A DNA stretch of 64,000 nucleotides from Azolla caroliniana (taxonomy: Eukaryota > Plantae > Polypodiophyta). Of this stretch, positions 56,272-64,000 are shown one piece after another (the first letter of the stretch is position 1; each line of letters starts with the position of its first letter). Under the pieces are notes generated by a model, which was not told the origin of the DNA, searched no databases, and saw only the letters and a list, made by a program, of their open reading frames with translations. Location: contig JBHGNT010000012.1 in the NCBI GenBank assembly GCA_043228905.1, positions 10,726,001 through 10,790,000 on the forward strand. The letters are read 5' to 3'. A program made the translations under genes and the position numbers.

Positions 56272-59112
56272 CTCTGTTCCTAGATTTACCTCTTCTAATT
56301 GGGACGCTTTTAAGCGCTGGGATACGGCCATTTCCCTTTCCAATGCCTCTTGTGCGTGCCGTAACTCCCAGATTGCTTCTTTATCCGGTTCCGCTTCGGT
56401 TCCGTCCGATTGCAGTAAGTAGGGTGATACCGCTTCCGCGACGTCAATTTTGAATAGAGGTACAATCTTCGGGTTCTCCAGCAAATACTGCTCTTCTTCT
56501 TCGTCTGCTAATCCTTCCAGCATATTGACACACTCCGCATATAACGGTGTCAGATTCTTGCCGGTGCCCTTCCTTGGTTGTGTTGGTACCCTTACCTTCG
56601 CTTTTCCCCGCCGGAACGTAATCATATTCCTCCTCCAGTTTTGTTTGATATGTGCCGTTTTTAACCAAGGGCATCCCAACAATAATGGGTATGCTCCTTC
56701 AGCCTGCAACTGGAGAACTACGGCTGAGATTCGGAATGTGTGGCCCCCGATGGTTACTTCCAAGTTCCGTATTAAACCTGTCGGTCACACCGAGCTTGTG
56801 TCCGCCATTCGGAGCCAGAACGGACATGGCTCCCACTCTCGGATTCCAAGAGCATCGCATGTCCAAAGGCTGATTACATTAACGCCGGAGCCTCCGTCTA
56901 TTATCGTGCCGGGGAGTTCTTTCCCTTTCACAATGGCCGTAATTGCCAGACTGTTGGTGTCCACCACGGCCGGTCGTTCTTCCGGATTTGAGAAGAATGC
57001 TGGAGCCAGTGGTGTTCCGCTTGTCGTCATGCTGGACTTGAGTCCTTCTGTGAATCTTGGTACTAGCTGCAAGAGTCGTCCTTATGGCAGCGTGATCTGG
57101 CATTCCCGCAATACCTGCCATGTCACGTTTTCAGACTAACTGCCGCCGGCGAGCTCTTCGGTATTCTCCTTTTGTTGCGCGAGTTCTGCTACATTTCGCT
57201 CATTTGCCTTTTTCACCCATTCTGTTGCCTGTTTCCGGATGGCCTCTTGTGTCTCCCATTCCGTAGTCTTCCCCTTCGACCTTGTGGTGACCTGCTGGAG
57301 GTCTGCGACTTCGGCGACTACCATGTTTACTGCCGGTCGCTTATCATAGCTTTTTGCCGGACATTGATTACTATAATGTCCTTCTTGCCGGCAGTAATAG
57401 CAATATGCTTTCCGGGTGTTCCTGGATTCGGCATTGTTTCCTGTACCCGGTGGAGGACTTGTGGTAACCGTGGGACTCTGGTCTGGTTGGCTGCTTGAGG
57501 CGCCTTTTTCCGGTTCACATGGGTGGCTCCCGTTTTTGAAATGCCGTTTTTTTTTTAAATTCTTTTTGTTGCGGTACCGTTGCCGGGGTTGGTCGTCATA
57601 TCTCCCGTAATCTTCCCGTCGTTGGTGATACCCGGGGGAGTGATCCCGGTTGTGATGCTCGTATCGTCCATTGTAATCTCGGTACTTGTCGTATCTCTTG
57701 TACCGGTTGTAGTTGTCTCGCCGATTGTCGTACAGGACATCTTGTGCCGGTCGATATCGCTCCTCTCGTTGCCAGCGTTCGTCTTCTTTGTCTCGGCTGC
57801 TAGGTGGCTCGATTTTCCGGACTGGTGGAGCTTGCCGATTCAATAAGTTATATTTGCACTGATCCATCGTGTGGCTCGTAGATTGGCAGAGTAAGCAGTG
57901 CGTCCGCATGGTGCACTCTAGTGACGAGTGTCCGGAATTCAAGCAGGTCGTGCATTGGATATCTTGCCGGAAACGGAGATCCTCATCGGTTGGTAATGCT
58001 CATTGGAGGGCTCCCATTGTTAGCCAAGAGCTCATTTTTTCCATTTCTCGAACCCGATCGATGACCTGGTCGACGGTGCTTGTGCGAAAGTCAATGACCG
58101 TGCATACCGTTCGTAGAGGTTCCAGGAGTGTGGCTAAAAATATAACCCACGTTTCTTCCTCCAGAGGTGCGTGGGTAAGCTGACTGTGCATCCGTTGAAA
58201 GCGGATGACAAACTGTGGGATGCTCTCGCCGGGGTCCTACCGAATTGTATAAAATAAGCCCACCATTTCTCGTTGATCCACCTCCTTCTGGAAGAAGTGC
58301 AAGAATTTGTCTTTTAGGTCCGCAAAGGTGGTGATGGTGTTGCGATCTTGCGGCCGGTGCCATCTGGCGGCCGGTCCTTCTAATGTCACGCTGAATTCAG
58401 CTATCTTAGATCGTTCCTCTTCTGCCGCGGTTAACCGTTGTGACACATGGTTTGCTTCCCATGTTTGTTCAAATGCGTGAACATGAGCCTCCGCGTCCAG
58501 GTCATCCTGATACTTGGAGTATTGGAACGGCATATCGTCGTCCGGTGTCGGTACGCGGCCTGGCGGTGTCGGTGGTCGTTCCGGCTATTCCGCCGGCGTC
58601 TGAGGTCTTTGTCGGTCTTCCTTTGGTGTTGCCGGCTCGACTTCCGGTGTTGGAGGTTTTTGCCGGTGTACTTCCATCTCCGGAGGTTGCTCCACGACGA
58701 GTGCCGGAGGTTCTTGGTCTGTCAACTCTGGTTCCGGTGTTGGTAAAGTATCTGATTCCTCGTCCTCCGGTCCTCCTAGGGTGTCATTACTGCTGCAATA
58801 ATTCGTATGCGCGCTGTAACCCCCTTCTGAATCCAATTCCAGCGCTGAAAATGCTTCGGATTCGCCGTCTCTTCCGACCAAGGCCTGGAGAAGGGTTTCC
58901 GCTTCCCGGAGGCTGCTTAAGCTGCTTCATTCGTCCGGGTACGCATTTTGTTGCAGACAGAGCGACTCCTCTGCCACTTTCTGGATCACTTTGGAAAATG
59001 ATCGATCCGTTCGGATTTCTTCCGCTGCTTGCTGGAAAGCCTCTCGCCGTCGTCTCCGTTCCACAAGTCTTCGTGCTCTCTCCATAACCGGGTCGTCTGT
59101 TGGCCTAGTCAT
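56272..59112 (-). pseudogene. Element B gag-protease, fragmented
   Basis: CYYCRQEGHYSNQC, IIDGGSG; homologous to 14770-17284. Confidence 0.9.
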
Positions 59113-59635
59113 CCATTCCTACCGTTGTTCACTGCAATAATGCAGGAATCGTGGTCGCCAAAAACTGTGTTATTGCTAGGGCCGGACAACAGCCTAACAC
59201 AGGGTGTCCACTTAAGACACGTCACCAAAGGGTGCTACGGCAGAATGACTTACAGCACAACACTCAATTAGATCTTAATCGATTACTTAGCCATCCATAA
59301 TTAACACGCGTAAGATATAACAATAAATACAGAACGGTAATCAACACTTGAAGATTAAGACAATAAGCTTTATTAATTATCCGCTCCTGATTACATTGTA
59401 ACCGAGCCTTTATATAGGTCTCCGGTGCGAAATACAAAACGGTGCCAAACGGCACCTTTACGGAATCGTTCCAGATCCGGATCAGCATACCGATTCCGGT
59501 CCGTCCGTCCACATCTTCTTATATAATAATATGTATATATTAAGACTACTAATTACAATAGTTCCTGAATAACTATTCCTTTCACACTTTGGTTTGGACC
59601 TCCTTAAGCCTTCTTCGTCGGCCGGTAACAGTCAA

Positions 59636-60413
59636 TAAACGTTACAAAGTACTATCCTCCTCGATACAATGGAGCATCCACATAGCACACATCCGTGTGC
59701 ACTAGTTCTAGTGCAGCTTCTCTTTTCCTCGGTGGTCTCGAGTGGAATGCCGCCCTATTCTGCTTTCCGGCTAAGTAGTCGACACACTTCTCCAAGCACA
59801 CCCTCTAGACTTCTGGTAGAAGTTTCTAGTCGGCTAGCAGGTGCATTTCCTTCTCACTCATATGGCCTAGCCTCTTATGCCATATCTCCCCTGCCGAGTC
59901 GGCTGCCACGTTTACTTCCGATTTACACAGTCGAGCATGCATCATGTACAATGTGCCTTCTTTCTGTGCTCGGGCCACTATGAGGTTTCCTCTGCAGAAA
60001 CTCCACTTGCCATTCCGAAAGCTACCACTATAGCCTTCGTCGTCAAGCCTTCCTGTCGATATCAGATTCAATCTGCTATCGGGGATGTGTCAAACATCCT
60101 TCAACGTTAGTCAACACCCTGTCGACGTCGTTAAGCACACACTTCTGACACCGGTTATCTTGCACTCTCCACTATCACCCATCTTTACATAGCCATGATC
60201 CCCGGATATGTAAGTCGAGAAATACTCTCTCGACGGAGTAATATGGAAGGATGCGCCAGAATCAATCACCCAACTGCACTCTTCGCTTGCAAGATTTGCA
60301 CTCATCTATTCACAAATGAACAGGAGTTCCTCATTGCTCGTAGCAATGGCCGAAGTGTTCTTTTCATCCGGAATTTTCCGAGGTTCGACATTGTTTCCGA
60401 CAATCTTGTCTCT
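59636..60413 (-). pseudogene. Element I protease to integrase N-terminus
   Basis: WVIDSGASFH, NLISTGRLDDEGY, WHKRLGHMSEK; similar to the element E family. Confidence 0.85.
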
Positions 60414-62600
60414 CTTCATGTGGTCGTCGATGAAGGAGACAAAATATCGACTCCCGCCAAGACTAACGTTCTGTGCCAGTCCCCATACATCCGAATGAAT
60501 AAGGTTGAGCTTCTTACGGCTACAGTTTCGTTCGGTGGGGAATGAAAGTCGGTGTTGCTGCTCGAGTTGGCATGCTTCACATATTTGGGCCTTCCGGCCA
60601 TTGAACGAACTTCGGCAAACCGAAAACAACTTGTTTCGTTTGCAAGTCTTGAAGCCTCCGGTAATTGACGTGGTCGATCCGCTTGTGCCACAGATTAATA
60701 TCTAATTCAATCTTCTGTCCTTTGGTGAACAAAGCGGTGCCGACGTCATTGGTGTCGAGGATAAACATCCTCCCGTCTCTGCGCCCTTGTGCAATTATTT
60801 GGCCCTCTTCCTCGATGAAGCACCCGAGGTGCGTAAACCGCACCTGCATCCCCTGGTCGACAATCTGACCGACTGACACCAGGTTCTTCGTGATAGTTGG
60901 AACGTGTAATACGTTCATCAGCTTCCCCCTCTGTCCGACGTGGCTCAAAGGGACTTCTCCGATATTCACAATTGGGTGACGAGTGTCATCTCCGGTTTCG
61001 ATGACTCCCGGTTGTTCTGGTTTCTCCAAGAAGGAGAACCACTCTTTGTGGCTCGTCATGTGATTCGACAAACCGGAATCAACGTACCACACTTCCTCCG
61101 ATTTGGAAGTGGTCTTCTTCATCGAGTTAGCCTCGTGTTCCATCACCAAGGCTGGCCCCTTTACCGGATTTCCCGGTTTTGGATCCTCCCGATCCTTCTG
61201 CGTAATGCGAGTATTGCCGGATCCGGATCTATCCAAATCAGCTCGCTTCTTCCAGCACTCGCTTTCTCTATGGCCCTTTTTACCACAATACCAGGATTCC
61301 GTGTCGGCCTTTGCTTGCTGGCCTCCGGCGCCGCCTTGACTCCCCCTGCTTGTGGAGTATCCAAAACTACTGTCGGCACGTTCTCTGTGCCTTCGGTCCT
61401 GCTCTTGCCGGCTACTACCATTGTGAGCCGATCCACCTCCGTGTACAGCATCCAGCTGTCGGTGGGTGCACTTGTTGACACACTGGCGTGGTTCTCCTCC
61501 ACAAGGAGCATCGACTATAAGTCGAAAAATGACGACATATTCTCCCTTGTACACACAGCAGTTCGGAACGCTCCGAACTTTGACGTCAAACCTCCGAGAC
61601 AAATTTGCACCATATCGGCTTCTTCGATATTCACATCGATGGAGGCCAGAGAGTCGCAAATGTCCTTGATTTTTGAGGTGTAGTCTGCCACTGACAAGTC
61701 GCGTTGTCGTAGGTTGCTCAGCTCCTGTCGGAGTTGAAGCTTCCTGGCTATAGTGCTTGCGGCGAAAACCTTCTTCAGATTTCCCCAAGCATCTTTCGGC
61801 GTTTTTGCATCCCGAATGTAGCTTAGGAGTTGTTCGCCCACACAAGACGCGAAGCAGTACAGTACTCTTATTGTCGATTGTTCCCACACTAGGAAATCTC
61901 TGTGTGTCGATTCGGGTGTTGTGTCATTTGCTCCGTTGACATAACTCCAATAACCGTGCCCGAGCAGGTACTGGTGCATCTTGTAGGACCAAGATGCGTA
62001 GTTGTTTCTATCGAGCTTCTTCGTCGGAAGCAAGCTAGCCATCGGTGTTTACCTGTTCTTCTTGGTTGGTTTTCTTTTCAAGCTATGTCGACTGCAGAGG
62101 TTCTCAACCCTCGCGCTCTGATACCATGTAAAAAGAATAGCATGCGGAAGCAATAAAAGACCGAACACAGAAACGTAGGTTTAATGGAGAGCTTAGAATA
62201 TACACAGTACGCGGGCGAGATAGAGAGAGAGCACACAGAAACTCAATTCAAAATAATACTCAATCTATACATCATATGTGTTCAATGAACACTTTTATAC
62301 AAGTCCATACAGATTGATAGAAGTACGGTGTACTTCAATGTTCACACAAGCGTTTGACACTAACTATGAGACATTAACTACCTAGTAATCTAGGCTGCTA
62401 TTAGGCTTCTCGTTACTAATGGATCCGGCTAACCGGCTCCCCAGCTCACCGGCTCACCGATCCGGCTCATCCTTCCAGATGTCGATCCGGCTCAGGCTTA
62501 TTCAGCCGATTCGAATCCGGATGAGTGTGCCGCTCAACGATTACCTTAATGGTTAGGCTTCGAATTTCGTAATACGAAGTCCTAGGTTCAAGTCCAGTTG
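60414..62600 (-). mobile_element. Element G: 5' half of a Copia element related to D (LTR from 62127, PBS 62115-62126, gag-PR-INT start)
   Basis: PBS TGGTATCAGAGC; KLDRNNYASWSYKMHQYL, WYVDSG, HSDVWG. The distal LTR boundary is uncertain. Confidence 0.82.
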
Positions 62601-62609
62601 AAGCATAAT

Positions 62610-63734
62610 GTTCATGGATTCATGACAGCTTCCTCCACCGAGGTCAGCTCACTCACTGAGCCTATGATGTCCACCATCAGAGCCATGTTGACAATGTGGT
62701 CAGAGGTTCTACCTTGCTCCTATGTTCTTCTTGATCTTCGTAATCGATCAGTTGAAGTTTCAGGAAATGCAACTTTAGGAGTACGGTCATTGAAGAGTTG
62801 TTAAGCCCACTTACATATTTTCTTTACATCTGGCACTGGCATAGGCTGAACAAGTGAGCCATTACCATCAAATGGTTCAGCTTCCTTTTCTGGACAGTGG
62901 GTCGGGATTGGGGGGAAATACTTCTTCGGTTAATGAGATAACTTGAGAATCGTTGTTCTCAGCTAGCTGTGGTCGTTCCTCATCGAACGCCACATCACAA
63001 CTTGTCAATATCTTTCTTGCCTCTGGATCGTATAGTCGATAGGTCTTTGACTCTTCACTATATCCAAGAAAGATACACTTCTTGCTTTTAGCATCCAACT
63101 TCTTTCTGCTCACATCTTGAACATGTGCGTAGCACGTACACCCAAAGGTTCTGGAGTGCAGCACTGAACGTTTCTTGCCTAAATAAGCTTCTTGGGGTGT
63201 TTTCCCTTGAAGTGCCTTTGTGTAGCTCCAGTTGAGGATGTAAAGTATTGTATTCAGTGCTTCAGCCTAGAATGGGCCGGGCAACACTTGTGCCTTCAAC
63301 ATAGACCTAGCCATCTTGACAATTGTTCGGTTTCGACGTTCAACAACGCCATTTTGTTGTGGGGTGTAGGTTGTTGTATGTTGGCACTTAATTCCATGCT
63401 CTTTGCAATACTCACAAAATTCTATTGATAAGAATTCTTCACCTAGATCAGAGTGTAACTCCTTCACTAACTTTCCGGACTCCCGCTCGACAAACTTATG
63501 CCATCTTTCGAAGATTTTAAAAGCTTCAACCTTCTCTCGAAGGAAGTAAACGCACATCTTTCTATTGATGTCATCGACTACTAGCATATAGTAGAGAGAT
63601 CCACCCATTGCAGGAGTCACCATTTTTCCAGAGAGGTCGATGTGTATTACCTATAGAGTAGTCTTTGTCCGATTTTGACTCTCTTTTGGAATGGCTGATC
63701 TTTGATGTTTGCCCATCATACAAGCATCACAAAC
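62610..63734 (-). pseudogene. Element J: Copia integrase fragment
   Basis: CDAC..GKHQR, LHSDLGEEF, PQQNGVVERRNRT, KLDAKSKKCIFLGY. Confidence 0.88.
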
Positions 63735-64000
63735 TGTAGAGAAACAGTTGCGGAATATAAATCACAATGAAGGAACTACACACTGAAATACGAATCACAC
63801 CGAAATGCCAGAAAAGACAACATAAACAGATGTACATAGAGATTTACGTGGAAACCCTAAAACGGGGAAAACCACAGGAGCAGAACTTTACTCTACAAAT
63901 AGTGGATATACACCAAAGATGATTACAACACTCTGTCAAGTGTATCAACCACACACGGCTCTTCGCGTCTGCTGTTACAAACACAGTTATGGCGCGACTC
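63735..64000 (-). repeat. Start of an LTR related to the element I LTR, inserted in J; runs off the window
   Basis: TGTAGAGAAA.. and GATTTACGTGGAAACCCTAAAACGGGGAAAACCAC are shared with 19585-19764. Confidence 0.8.

Larger units (their letters stand above)
39759..59630 (-). mobile_element. Element B: Athila/Phygy-like Gypsy, 463-bp LTRs (39759-40221, 59168-59630), TSD GTCAA; host of H, the TIR element and C
   Basis: TSD at 39754-58 and 59631-35; homologous to element A along its whole length. Confidence 0.95.
19585..60413 (-). mobile_element. Element I: old Ty1/Copia element, host of E, D and B. 3' LTR split into 19585-19764, 30875-31070 and 37039-37250
   Basis: Removing E, D and B by their TSDs rejoins the LTR, the PPT (37251-37264), RT/RH (37310-39133), integrase (39200-39758 + 59636-59900) and protease WVIDSGASFH (60111-60305). 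Confidence 0.82.

Noticed and set aside
63735-64000. 5' LTR partner of element I
   Set aside because: Clearly diverged from 19585-19764, has no adjacent PBS, and is flanked by integrase sequence of another Copia. It is a separate insertion.

Overview
Eukaryotic, gene-free, heterochromatin-like DNA, probably from a non-seed land plant such as a moss (inferred from Tcn1-like chromoviruses, a Sola-type transposon and GT-AG introns). Almost all of it is nested LTR retrotransposons: two Athila/Phygy-like Gypsy elements with a long extra ORF, three chromoviruses (two with intact ORFs), five Copia elements or fragments, one non-autonomous LTR element and one TIR/MITE. Most insertions could be delimited by LTR pairs and target-site duplications (TSDs). 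The standout is a 7.7-kb cut-and-paste DNA transposon at 1662-9356 with 32-bp TIRs and a TTCT TSD. It encodes an intact Sola-like DDD transposase and, divergently, a 6-exon gene for a ParB-like domain fused to a bacterial/phage-type beta-class amino (N6A/N4C) DNA methyltransferase. A triple-palindrome array lies in that gene's first intron. Other signals: tRNA-like Pol III A/B boxes inside several LTR families, covarying Tf1-type self-priming sites, a -1 frameshift pseudoknot, and a conserved hairpin where the polypurine tract should be. All coordinates were read by eye; family assignments rest on motifs, not database searches.
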